Source of the DNA: Aeropyrum pernix K1
Lineage (GTDB): Archaea; Thermoproteota; Thermoprotei_A; Sulfolobales; Acidilobaceae
NCBI RefSeq assembly: GCF_000011125.1
Contig: NC_000854.2
Coordinates: 1,290,001-1,322,000, forward strand
DNA: 32,000 nucleotides
Direction of reading: 5' to 3'
Shown: positions 6,185-15,009 of the stretch, piece by piece
How the letters are laid out: every line of letters begins with the position of its first letter
Position numbering within the stretch: the stretch's first letter is position 1
Notes under the pieces: generated by a model
Databases searched by the model: none
Told to the model about the DNA's origin: nothing
What the model saw: the letters and a program-made list of their open reading frames with translations, nothing else
Made by a program: the position numbers and the translations under genes

Positions 6185-9136
6185 GTGTTTATTAGAATGA
6201 GTGACGAGATGGAGCTTAAGCTTATACAAGAGTCGGTCTACGAGCCTTCAAAGGAGCTTAAGGCCCGCAAGAGCCTGCTGGCAAGGATATACGGCCAGGT
6301 CGCTGATTCGCGGCGTGGCAGGGATAGGGCGCTAAACGGCGGCCTCCTAGCCCCGGTACCCGGGTGTGTTGAGGATGGAGGGCTTTGTGGCGACGACTTC
6401 GGGTTCACCTATAATGCTGTGAGGGTGCTTATGGCTAGATATATGGTTAAGGATGAGATGGGCCGGTTTCTCGAGACGCCGAGCATGGTGATGAGGAGGG
6501 TTGCCTTAGGCTTTAGGGAGAGGGTTGACCCCGACAGGCTGTATAGGCTTCTGGTGGAGCGAAGGTTCATGTTTAACTCGCCCACCCTCTTCAACATGTT
6601 TGTGGACGGTGCGAGGGGGACACTCTCAGCCTGCTATGTCACTCCTGTTTATGACGACATGGACTCTATAATGGATGCAGCCACGGTTCAGGCAAAAACC
6701 TTCAAGTGGGGCGGGGGCCAGGGCTTCAGCTTCTCCGAGCTCAGGCCCAGGTGGGACGTGGTTAGAGGGACAAGCGGCTATAGCAGCGGTCCCATGAGCT
6801 TCATGAGGCTTTACGACACGGTCACGGAGCTCGTCAAGCAAGGTGGTAAGCGTAGAGGCGCCAACATGGGTATAATGCACGTGTGGCATCCTGACATCTA
6901 CACGCCTGGCTTCGACCCTGCGGTTGCTTTGAGGAACAGCCTGCCACCGCAGGTGCAGGAGCTGATAGACGCGTTCTCCAGGATTATTAGGGAGCTGGGT
7001 GATGAGGGCTATGAGGTTCCAGGAGAGCTTGTGGAGCTGGTGGAGAGCCTATCCAGGCAGGGATGGTGGACTATAGAGGACGCCGGTTTCATCCAGGCAA
7101 AGAAGCCTCCCTTGCAGGACGCTAACCTAACCAACTTCAATATAAGCGTGGGGGCTAACGACGCGTTTATGCAGGCCGTAGTAGAGGGTGGAGACTGGTG
7201 GATGGTAAACCCGAGGTACACGGCCAGCGACAGGGCAGGCATATATAAGATACACTATAGCATATCAAAGGCCACGGGTCTTGGAAGGCTTGGCACCCTA
7301 ATAGAGAAGCACCCTTGGCTGCTTGAGAACCCCTACATCAACCTGTTTGAAGACGTGATTAGCGAGGCCCTCCCTAAGGCTCTCGAGATGCTTGAGGAGC
7401 AGGCTAGGAAGACTGGCATGCCAGCTGACCCGAGGCAGAAGAACGTTCATGCCTGGGTAGCGCCGGCCAGAGAGATTTGGAGGGAGATAGTTGAGGCTGC
7501 ATGGGGCGGCGGAGACCCTGGCCTCGTGTATTTTGACAACCACAACAAGTGGAGCCCAACACCGTGGTTGGGGGCAGTAAACGCTACAAACCCCTGCTCC
7601 GAGCAGACCCTATACCCGTTTGAGCCCTGCAACCTAGGTAGCCTTTCTGTCGACAAATATGTGGCTGGCGGCAGGTTTGACCTGGAAAGGTTTGCCAACG
7701 ATGTGGAGTTCCTTACTGAGGCCATGGATGCAGTTATAGATTTGAACAGGCATCCGGACGAGAGGCAGGATACTGCCAACAAGTTTACCCGGAAAATAGG
7801 TCTTGGTATAATGGGGCTGGCCGACGCCCTGGCAGGCCTCGGCTACCCCTACGACTCTGAGGAGGCCGTCGCGTTCACCACAATACTCATGGCGGGCCTC
7901 GAGGTATTCAGCTGGAAGCGGAGCTGGGAGATGGGTGCGAGGCTAGGCCACGCCCCCGCCTTCGAATGTAGGATGTTCGACTGGAGGAGCTTAGAGTGTA
8001 GGGAGAAGGGGAGCCCCGAGGAGCTTGCAGAACTCCACACTCCAGCCCTTGTCAAGGCTGGGATGGTGGCGAGGCTCGAGGGGGAGTGGCTGAAGGTTAG
8101 GTACCATAGCATCGATCTCAACGGCCCTGCAGCCGAGGTGTTGGAAAAGGCTTTCGGCGAAAGGTTTGAGAGAGATGGTAGTGTGAGGCTCGTCAGAAGG
8201 GATGCCCTAGACGCTGTTGCAAGGCGGGTCTTCGGCATATCGGAGGACATGGCGCTGGAAGCGCTTAACATGGGTCCGGCAGCTGTAGAGAGCCCGAGAC
8301 ACCTGCTAGCCCTAGCTGTCTACAAGCCTATGGAGGCGTGGAGGCTGCTTAGGGAGTATGGCAGGAGGCTTGGTGCGAAGGCACCCAGAAACACCGTTAC
8401 CACGACCATAGCTCCGACGGGCACAATAAGCATTCTAGCCGGCACCAGCAGCGGCATAGAGCCCTACTTCGCCCTGGTCTATAAGAGGCAGGTTGCTGTG
8501 GGCACCTTCCTTGAGGTGGTGTCGAGGTTTAGGGAGGACCTGCTCAAGGCCGCTGAGAAGCATGGAGTAGGGAGGGATGTGTTGGAGATAGTTTATGAGG
8601 AGGTTAGGAGGCATAAAGGGAGCCTGAGGTGGTCTCTCAACGTTCTAGCCGAGAAGCTTGATGGCAGGGTAGACGACGGTTTCCTGGAGGAGCTGGCAAG
8701 GCTTGCCAGGAAATACGCCACAAGCATGGACTTCCCCCTATGGTACCATCTAGCACACCAGATAGCAGCCCAGCTCTACGTAGACCAGGCTATAAGCAAG
8801 ACTGTAAACCTGCCGAGAACCGCTACGCCCGACGATGTAGAGGCGTCATACCTGGCCGCATGGCTTGGCGGGCTGAAAGGCTTCACAGTCTACAGGGACG
8901 AGAGCAAGGGCAGACAGGTCATAGTATTCGGAGCGCAGGAGGGAGGGAGAAGAGGCAGGCTATTAAGGAGGGCTCGGAAGGCTAGGATGGCGCTTCCGAG
9001 GAGGAGGCTTAACCCCAGTGAGGCTGAGCGTGATCCGAAGCTAGCCCAGGTGTTTGAGGTGAAGACTGTGGAGAGCGATGAGGGCGTGACGGTAGAGATG
9101 ACGGAGAACTCAACATGCAAGACCTGCCATCTCTAG
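6185..9136 (+). CDS. nrdJ: Ribonucleoside-diphosphate/triphosphate reductase, class II (adenosylcobalamin-dependent)
   Basis: Conserved RNR blocks: FNSPTLFN, LSACYV, KWGGGQGFSFSELRP, SGPMSFM, GGKRRGANMG, HPDI, NFNISV, and the active-site block NPCSEQTLYPFEPCNLGS. Also TIAPTGTIS, and C-terminal CKTC redox-shuttle cysteines. No R2 subunit gene is nearby. The track start GTG 6185 is less likely than ATG 6197 (MSDEMELKL). Confidence 0.9.
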   Translation: MFIRMSDEMELKLIQESVYEPSKELKARKSLLARIYGQVADSRRGRDRALNGGLLAPVPGCVEDGGLCGDDFGFTYNAVRVLMARYMVKDEMGRFLETPSMVMRRVALGFRERVDPDRLYRLLVERRFMFNSPTLFNMFVDGARGTLSACYVTPVYDDMDSIMDAATVQAKTFKWGGGQGFSFSELRPRWDVVRGTSGYSSGPMSFMRLYDTVTELVKQGGKRRGANMGIMHVWHPDIYTPGFDPAVALRNSLPPQVQELIDAFSRIIRELGDEGYEVPGELVELVESLSRQGWWTIEDAGFIQAKKPPLQDANLTNFNISVGANDAFMQAVVEGGDWWMVNPRYTASDRAGIYKIHYSISKATGLGRLGTLIEKHPWLLENPYINLFEDVISEALPKALEMLEEQARKTGMPADPRQKNVHAWVAPAREIWREIVEAAWGGGDPGLVYFDNHNKWSPTPWLGAVNATNPCSEQTLYPFEPCNLGSLSVDKYVAGGRFDLERFANDVEFLTEAMDAVIDLNRHPDERQDTANKFTRKIGLGIMGLADALAGLGYPYDSEEAVAFTTILMAGLEVFSWKRSWEMGARLGHAPAFECRMFDWRSLECREKGSPEELAELHTPALVKAGMVARLEGEWLKVRYHSIDLNGPAAEVLEKAFGERFERDGSVRLVRRDALDAVARRVFGISEDMALEALNMGPAAVESPRHLLALAVYKPMEAWRLLREYGRRLGAKAPRNTVTTTIAPTGTISILAGTSSGIEPYFALVYKRQVAVGTFLEVVSRFREDLLKAAEKHGVGRDVLEIVYEEVRRHKGSLRWSLNVLAEKLDGRVDDGFLEELARLARKYATSMDFPLWYHLAHQIAAQLYVDQAISKTVNLPRTATPDDVEASYLAAWLGGLKGFTVYRDESKGRQVIVFGAQEGGRRGRLLRRARKARMALPRRRLNPSEAERDPKLAQVFEVKTVESDEGVTVEMTENSTCKTCHL

Positions 9137-9233
9137 AGTCCACTACTTTCCCCTGCATTGCCATAAAAAGTCTTAACCCCCCTACGTAGACCATATCACC
9201 CCATCCACTGTATAAGCCATTAGGTCTCGAGGG

Positions 9234-10217
9234 GTGTCCTTGGCAGCGTCCCTGGAAAAAGCTGGCCTCGGCATCTCGGTCAGGCTACTCGAGTATACTG
9301 GTGATGGAGAGCGTATTGTCGCTGTTGCTAGTAAGGTAAGCCTCTCCCGCAGCCCGGCGGAGAGGCTGCTGGCCATAGGGGAAGATGAAGTTGAGACTTG
9401 GATACTCGAGACGTTTAGAAGGCAGCATTTCAGCCCCTGGGAGCACAGCGTCTACACATTCATGGTTGAGGGTCTCTCGAGGGTGGCTAGCCACCAGCTA
9501 GTTAGACATAGGGTTGCTAGCTACACACAACTAAGCCATAGGTATAGCGAGGGCTACCTCAGGGAGGCCGCCCTCAAGGCCTGCGAATCCATCGGCCTAG
9601 ACTGTCCATCGAAACCGGCTGAGACGGAGGGCGGGCGGAAAGCCGCATACAGGCTGTACTCTCAGGCTCTGGAGAGAGCTGCTCGAGATTTCGGGGCTAG
9701 CGAGAGGTTTGCTATAGCGGCGAAGGCCTTCGTAATACCGCCTACCATTCTGGCGAGGGGTGATGGCGGTGATGGTGTCGTGGAGGCGTATCTACGGTCT
9801 GCAGCGATATACTATAGCCTACTCTCCCGGGGGGCTAGGCGTGAGGATGCGCGGTATATCCTGCCCGATGCGCTGAGAACCAGAATCGTTGTTACTATGA
9901 ATGCACGGGAGCTTATACAGGTCTTCTTCCCCCTGAGGATGTGCACTAGAGCCCAGTGGGAGATACGCCACATAGCCTGGCTGCTATGGCGAGAGCTATC
10001 CAGGGTTCATCCAAGGCTGTTCAGGTGGGCCGGGCCCAGCTGTGTGTTAAGGGAGAACACCCTTAGGACGACGCCCGCCAGCTTATACAGCTACCTGGAG
10101 GGCGTAGAGCGGTTTACACAGCCCCGCTGCCCTGAGCTTGTTGAGAACAAGGCTATACCGGGATGCCTCAGGCAGGCGGCATCGGTGGCGCCCCCCGGAG
10201 ACGGGGAGTACGAATAA
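9234..10217 (+). CDS. thyX: Flavin-dependent thymidylate synthase ThyX (unusually long, 327 aa)
   Basis: ThyX signature RHRVASYTQLSHRY (RHRxxSxxxxSxRY). HFSPWEH lies upstream, and ARYILPDALRTRIVVTMNAREL downstream. GTG start. Confidence 0.9.
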   Translation: MSLAASLEKAGLGISVRLLEYTGDGERIVAVASKVSLSRSPAERLLAIGEDEVETWILETFRRQHFSPWEHSVYTFMVEGLSRVASHQLVRHRVASYTQLSHRYSEGYLREAALKACESIGLDCPSKPAETEGGRKAAYRLYSQALERAARDFGASERFAIAAKAFVIPPTILARGDGGDGVVEAYLRSAAIYYSLLSRGARREDARYILPDALRTRIVVTMNARELIQVFFPLRMCTRAQWEIRHIAWLLWRELSRVHPRLFRWAGPSCVLRENTLRTTPASLYSYLEGVERFTQPRCPELVENKAIPGCLRQAASVAPPGDGEYE

Positions 10218-10498
10218 CTGGGCATCGGGAAAGGGAGCCAGGAGTCTGGAGGGCTGGATGGCCGGACCCCAGAGCTCCACTCTAAACAGACCGCCGAGGC
10301 ACTCGACAGCCAGCCGGCTGTGCGGGGCAGAAACACTAAGCTGTAACTTTCTGTATCGGACTGTATCTTTCTATACCGCGTAGAGCTATTAGATAGGCTG
10401 ATGTTGAATGCCTATCTAAGCCATATCTCTTCGTTATGTAGCTCATATTGGGGAATCCCCAATAAAACTTATAAGGCTTGAAGTTTATAAATCTAACC

Positions 10499-10628
10499 CG
10501 GTGACCCCGGGGTTCCCGAGGGAAGCCCCCCAGGGGCTTCCGTAGGCGGCCCCGGGGAGACCGTGATGAACCCAGCCGTGCCCGACACAACCTGCTATAA
10601 TTTGTTACATGAAGGCACGGTTTGGGTG
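10499..10628 (+). ncRNA. Candidate structured non-coding RNA (class unknown)
   Basis: No credible ORF. A canonical TATA TTTATAAA (10484-10491) lies about 20-25 nt upstream. CCCCGGGG 10505-10512 can pair with 10550-10557, enclosing the 9-bp hairpin GGAAGCCCC-cca-GGGGCTTCC (10521-10541). GTGATGA is at 10563-10569. A helix of about 12 bp joins 10570-10582 and 10614-10627. Strand and ends are not established. Confidence 0.25.
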
Positions 10629-10660
10629 AACGGCGTTCAGCAGCGGCTACAGTATACCTC

Positions 10661-11839
10661 TCAACCTCTTGCCTCCATATAGTGGCCATACACCTTTAGT
10701 ATCTGGGGCACCACTTTTCTCCAGTCGTAGCGCTCTAGGACGATTTTCCTAGCCTCCTCGCTCATCCTCTTTCTAAGCCCGCTGTCCTGGAGTAGTGTTA
10801 TGAGGGCTTTCGCCAGCTCCTTCGATGAGCCTGGCTTGACTAGTAGCCCGGTCTTGCCGTGCTTGACCACATCTTTAAGGCCTCCCTGCCTGGAGGCTAC
10901 CACCGGGGTCCCGGAGGAGAGGGATTCTAGTGCCACTATGCCGAAGCTCTCGTTTACAATGCTAGGTACTGCAGTTACCCAGGCTGACGAGTAGAGGCTC
11001 GGCTTCTCCGACTCCGGCACAACACCCAGCATCTTAACGTTGTTTTCCAGGCCGTAGCGTGCTATCAATAGTTTTATTATGGGCTCGAACTCCCCCTTAC
11101 CGCCTATGTAGAGCTTGGCGTCTCTAATCTCGTCTACGACGTGCCTGAAGGCCCTCACTAGAACGTGCGCCCCCTTCCTCCAGACAAGCCTGCCGAGGAA
11201 TAGCACCAGGGGGTAGTCTGCCTTAGGCGTCGAAGGCTTAAACCTTTCAACGTCGACACCGTTAGGTATTATATAGCGGTCCACGCTATCTCCGACTATA
11301 CCCTCCACCATCTTGTCTGCCGCGGTGCTAACACTTATCACAGCCTGCGCATTAGGCAGGAGGTATCTAGTGGGCAATACTATAGAGGCTATCCTCCAAA
11401 GTGCGACCTTATCGTAAGCTAGGAATATGGAGTGGTTCGTGGCTATCCTGGGCAGGCCTAGATCCCGGGCCGCCTTGAGGGCTAGAAGGCTTGTTAGAGT
11501 GTAGATGTGGTGTGAATGGACCACATCGGGCTTCAGCGATTCGATCTCCCTCCTCAGGTCGGAAGGATCGGGTGGGACGAAGATTATCTCCAGGGGGAAG
11601 AGAGGCTTAACTATGTAGTGGCCCTCGGCTTCCAGATCCTTTACATCACCCTTTCCCAGCGCTCTGGACACTATGACAACATCATAGCCGAAATCCTGGA
11701 GAAGACGTGTTAAGTCTCTAACGTGCGACTGCACCCCTCCCACAGAGCTGGGGTGGAAGTCCATAACCATGACTATCCTGGACCCCCTGGGGGGAGGATC
11801 GCTGTCCAGGTCTTCCACCCTTCTGAGGCCGCCCAACAT
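10661..11839 (-). CDS. Glycosyltransferase, family 4 (GT-B fold)
   Basis: N-terminal MVMDFHPSSVGGVQSHV and the C-terminal E-x7-E region NESFGIVALESLSSGTPVVAS...GLLV are typical GT4 motifs. The true start is probably Met24/Met26 (11770 or 11764). Confidence 0.85.
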   Translation of the reverse strand: MLGGLRRVEDLDSDPPPRGSRIVMVMDFHPSSVGGVQSHVRDLTRLLQDFGYDVVIVSRALGKGDVKDLEAEGHYIVKPLFPLEIIFVPPDPSDLRREIESLKPDVVHSHHIYTLTSLLALKAARDLGLPRIATNHSIFLAYDKVALWRIASIVLPTRYLLPNAQAVISVSTAADKMVEGIVGDSVDRYIIPNGVDVERFKPSTPKADYPLVLFLGRLVWRKGAHVLVRAFRHVVDEIRDAKLYIGGKGEFEPIIKLLIARYGLENNVKMLGVVPESEKPSLYSSAWVTAVPSIVNESFGIVALESLSSGTPVVASRQGGLKDVVKHGKTGLLVKPGSSKELAKALITLLQDSGLRKRMSEEARKIVLERYDWRKVVPQILKVYGHYMEARG

Positions 11840-11946
11840 TATCCACCGTTCGACTGGGGCTTCAAGTCTAGGCCGTGGACTACCGGCTGCCCGGGGGTAA
11901 TCTTTATATTGTCAAGAGGTATTATCAAAACCCCTTAGAAGACTAT

Positions 11947-12906
11947 ATGGGGTGTTTACGTGCTTTGGCCTGCTCTAGAGCCAGGGCTAGGGCCTATTCT
12001 TCCGCGGCTAACCTAGGCCCCGGCTTCGATGCTCTAGCCGTCGCCCTGGACGCTTACTACGATGAGGTGGAGGTGAGGGTCTGCAGCGGAGGCAACAGTG
12101 TTTATGTGGATGAGGTGGAGGGCAAGTTCTCGTCGGGCGTTCTTCAAGGGCCCAACACCGCCGCAGAGGCGGTGCGAGGGCTTCTTAACATGGAGGGGGT
12201 GGAAGCTGAAGTCGGGATTAGGGTTTACAAGGGGGTCCCCCCAGGGAGGGGTTTGGGTAGCAGTGGCGCTTCGGCGGCTGCTGCAGTAGCAGCAGTATCA
12301 CATGCTCTAGCCCTGGAGGTGCCTGTGGATAGGCTGGTGTTCTATGCAGGCCTGGGCGAGAGGGCCGCGGCTGGGCAGCCCCACTTCGACAATGCCGCGG
12401 CAAGTATACTCGGTGGCCTGGCTGTAGTCGCCAGCGACGCCGCGGGCAAGCTGCGGGTGTTCAGGGTGCCTTTCAAGGCTTGGTTCGCCGTTGTGACGCC
12501 CATGAATCCGGTGCCCCAGGGCAAGACTGGCGTTATGCGTAAAGTACTCCCGGAGAACGTTAGCTTCAGAGACGCTGTGAGAAACTTCTCCAGAGCCGCT
12601 GGTATCGTAGCGGCAGCTGTCAACGGCGACCTCAAGTCCATGGGGGCTCTTATGATGTCCGACGAGATAGTCGAGCCTCGCAGGAGGAGTTACGTACCGT
12701 GCTATACCCAGGTGAGGAAAGCAGCCCTGCAAGCAGGGGCTCTAGGGTTCTCCCTCAGCGGTGCAGGACCTTCCATGATAGCCCTTGCTCCTAGCAGCGA
12801 GGCTGCCAGGGAGATAGCAGCTGCTATGGAGGAGTCATGCATATGCTGCGACAATCCGATGACCGTTGCGGCTGAGCCTGCTCCGGGAGCCTCGGTAGTG
12901 GGGTGA
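11947..12906 (+). CDS. thrB: Homoserine kinase (GHMP kinase family)
   Basis: SSAANLGPGFDALAVAL near the N-terminus and the GHMP motif PPGRGLGSSGASAAAAV. I prefer ATG 11947 to the track start GTG 11875, because TATA-like TTTATATT (11903-11910) and TATTATCAAAA lie just upstream. Confidence 0.85.
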   Translation: MGCLRALACSRARARAYSSAANLGPGFDALAVALDAYYDEVEVRVCSGGNSVYVDEVEGKFSSGVLQGPNTAAEAVRGLLNMEGVEAEVGIRVYKGVPPGRGLGSSGASAAAAVAAVSHALALEVPVDRLVFYAGLGERAAAGQPHFDNAAASILGGLAVVASDAAGKLRVFRVPFKAWFAVVTPMNPVPQGKTGVMRKVLPENVSFRDAVRNFSRAAGIVAAAVNGDLKSMGALMMSDEIVEPRRRSYVPCYTQVRKAALQAGALGFSLSGAGPSMIALAPSSEAAREIAAAMEESCICCDNPMTVAAEPAPGASVVG

Positions 12907-12912
12907 CCAGCC

Positions 12913-14082
12913 GTGGGCTGGGTTACGAGATGGGTTAGAGGGGGCTGGAGACCCTCCAAGGACCCGGTTAGAGAGCCAGTGGTGCCCCCCGTAAACGTGT
13001 CGGCAATCTATGTACACCCCCCGGGCAGCTTCGAGCGTGAGTACCCTAGGGTAGGCGACCTAAAGTACGGGCGGGAGAACAATCCCACTGTTCTGGGGTT
13101 AGAGGAGGCGCTGACAAGCCTGGAGGAGGCTAGGTGGACACTCGCTTTCAACAGCGGAATGGCGGCGCTCTCGACGCTAGTGCTCCACGAGGTGTCACGG
13201 GGGGCTAAAAAGGTTCTTCTTGAAAGGCTTACATACGGGTCTACAAGGAGTCTTCTCGAAATGCTGTCATCAATAACCGGGATTGAAGTTAGGCTTGCAG
13301 GACCTCCCTGGGAGGATCTCCTCGATCTTGTCTGCTGGGCTGATCTAATAATAGTTGAGTCGATGGCCAACCCGACGCTGAGGGTACCGCCGCTTAGCGG
13401 TATCTACAGGGAGGCTGGGAGTTGTGGTGTCAGGGTTGTGGTCGACAACACCTTTGCAACGCCTATTGCATACAGACCGCTGGAGAGGGGTGCACATTAT
13501 TCCCTGGAAAGTCTAACCAAATACATAGCCGGGCATAACGACGTCGTCGGCGGCTCCCTCTCAGGCCGTGTAGAGGAAGATCTAGAGCCTCTGTGGAACA
13601 TGAGGAAGATCCTGGGAACTATAATGCAGCCCATAGACGCCTATCTAGCATGGCGCGGTATGAAGACGCTCAAGGCTAGATTCGAAGCCCAGTCTAGAGC
13701 AGCGGTAGAAGTGGCGGAATGGCTGGAGAGCCATAGAAAGGTTAAGAAGGTCTATTATCCGGGACTCTCCAGCCATCCAGACCACGAGCTAGCGAGGAGG
13801 GAGCTGAACGGTCTCTACGGAGCCGTCGTAAGCTTCGAGATAGAAGGCGGCAGGGAGGAGGTGTTTAAACTGCTTTCTAGGCTGAAGCTGGTAACGCCGA
13901 GCCCCAGCTTCGGAGGAGTGGAGACGATAATATCCTACCCAGCCATATCCAGCCACAGCAACCTAGACCCTCTGGAGAGGAGTGAGCTAGGCGTAACTGA
14001 CGGTCTCCTGAGGCTAAGCGTCGGCCTTGAAGATGTGTCTGACATTATTGACGATCTATCGCAAGCTCTCTCGGCAATATAG
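12913..14082 (+). CDS. Cys/Met-metabolism PLP enzyme (cystathionine gamma-synthase/beta-lyase/gamma-lyase family)
   Basis: YGRENNPT, FNSGMAA, VVVDNTFATP and the PLP-lysine block SLTKYIAGHNDVVGG; C-terminal LLRLSVGLED. GTG start 6 nt after the thrB stop. Confidence 0.8.
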   Translation: MGWVTRWVRGGWRPSKDPVREPVVPPVNVSAIYVHPPGSFEREYPRVGDLKYGRENNPTVLGLEEALTSLEEARWTLAFNSGMAALSTLVLHEVSRGAKKVLLERLTYGSTRSLLEMLSSITGIEVRLAGPPWEDLLDLVCWADLIIVESMANPTLRVPPLSGIYREAGSCGVRVVVDNTFATPIAYRPLERGAHYSLESLTKYIAGHNDVVGGSLSGRVEEDLEPLWNMRKILGTIMQPIDAYLAWRGMKTLKARFEAQSRAAVEVAEWLESHRKVKKVYYPGLSSHPDHELARRELNGLYGAVVSFEIEGGREEVFKLLSRLKLVTPSPSFGGVETIISYPAISSHSNLDPLERSELGVTDGLLRLSVGLEDVSDIIDDLSQALSAI

Positions 14083-14197
14083 GCTGAGTAGACGGCTAGT
14101 GGAGTCTCAGTATCACTGTGTGAATACACCCGTATCATTTACGCTGAACCCCCTACCCAATAGACGCCTCATAAAAACAAGCGGGTGTAAACAGGGA

Positions 14198-14530
14198 ATG
14201 GCCGTTCCCATCCTCTGGAAACAGGCAGTCAGTCTCTCAGAGTTTTACAGGGAGATGGCTAAGGGCCAGAGGGATCCGTTTAAGAAGAGCATTCTAAACC
14301 TGGCCTCCATAACGCTCGAAGAACTCTCGGACGAGTTGGCTTCAGGTGCTGTGAGAGAGTCTACTAGGAAGAAGCTCATGTTTATAAGGGACATGATGAG
14401 GCACAATAACATGCCGCATTACAGTCTAGATAGGATTGTGGAAAGGCTGTCGAAGGCCGTTTGGAACGGCATCCCAGTGGGGAGCCCCAGTGGTCATGGG
14501 GGATATGAATATCTGCTGGGCCTCACGTGA
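14198..14530 (+). CDS. Hypothetical small protein (110 aa)
   Basis: The ORF track gives 14027-14530, but its first 57 codons overlap the upstream gene. ATG 14198 is preceded by ATAAAAACAA (14171-14180) at leaderless-promoter distance. No family recognised. The region looks lower in GC than its neighbours. Confidence 0.45.
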   Translation: MAVPILWKQAVSLSEFYREMAKGQRDPFKKSILNLASITLEELSDELASGAVRESTRKKLMFIRDMMRHNNMPHYSLDRIVERLSKAVWNGIPVGSPSGHGGYEYLLGLT

Positions 14531-14585
14531 GTTTGAGGCTCGGACCGCTGTACACTGTTTCCATAATAATTATCCGTTGAAGTCC

Positions 14586-15008
14586 TCATAGCCTGAGCCT
14601 CATGGCTCTCACTGACGTAACATATTCCAGGTCCTGCTTATTACAAGCTATCTTCTCCACGTCCGAAGCCTCTACGCCCAGGAGTTTGAGAAGATTCACA
14701 ACGTTATCCCTTGATAGGCTTATAATGTATGCTACGTCGAACCTGTCCACCCGCCTCAGCTCTGAGAGTTGTCTAAGGCCTAGGGATATTATCTTTACAT
14801 GTAGGGCTGGGTTGCGGATTCTAGGCGTTCCCGCTCTTCGGTCCTCTAGCATGTAGAGGTATGCTAGGGCTACTCGGCACGGGCCCGGATCCTCCTCTCC
14901 CGCATAGTACACCATCACAGGGTCCTCGCTGTCCGGCAGCGTGTCATCGGGCTGTGTGGGCGGCCGCTCCACCCTTGCTATATGGATGGGTGTGAGGGGG
15001 GTGTACAT
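14586..15008 (-). CDS. Hypothetical protein (140 aa), translationally coupled to the upstream Ubl-PRTase gene
   Basis: ATG 15008 (MYTPLTP...) lies 1 nt after the TGA (15010-15012) of the upstream gene. No motif recognised. Confidence 0.5.
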   Translation of the reverse strand: MYTPLTPIHIARVERPPTQPDDTLPDSEDPVMVYYAGEEDPGPCRVALAYLYMLEDRRAGTPRIRNPALHVKIISLGLRQLSELRRVDRFDVAYIISLSRDNVVNLLKLLGVEASDVEKIACNKQDLEYVTSVRAMRLRL

Positions 15009-15009
15009 C

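Noticed and set aside
6185-9136. Possible intein in the 983-aa ribonucleotide reductase (archaeal RNRs often host inteins)
   Set aside because: The catalytic blocks are contiguous. I saw no Cys/Ser...HN-Cys/Ser/Thr splice junctions and no LAGLIDADG endonuclease motifs. The extra ~60 aa after HPDI is too short for an intein.
10218-10335. SRP RNA or RNase P RNA, prompted by CGGGAAAGGGAGCC and a UGUAAC nearby
   Set aside because: The resemblance is only a few nucleotides long. I could not trace the flanking helices expected for SRP helix 8 or the RNase P CR-I/CR-V blocks. Only a covariance-model scan could rescue this idea.
10563-10569. Box C/D sRNA starting at GUGAUGA
   Set aside because: No CUGA D or D' box occurs within the following ~70 nt on that strand. 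The downstream sequence forms a long hairpin rather than unstructured guide regions.
10336-10689. 117-aa minus-strand ORF spanning the thyX-GT4 intergenic island
   Set aside because: It is Arg/Pro/Gly-rich and runs through palindromic GC blocks and an AT-rich TATA region. It overlaps the GT4 3' end and has no motif. It is better explained as non-coding DNA.
14027-14197. N-terminal 57 codons of the 167-aa track ORF
   Set aside because: They overlap the 3' end of the PLP-enzyme gene in another frame and precede a good TATA/ATG pair. The shorter 14198-14530 CDS is preferred.
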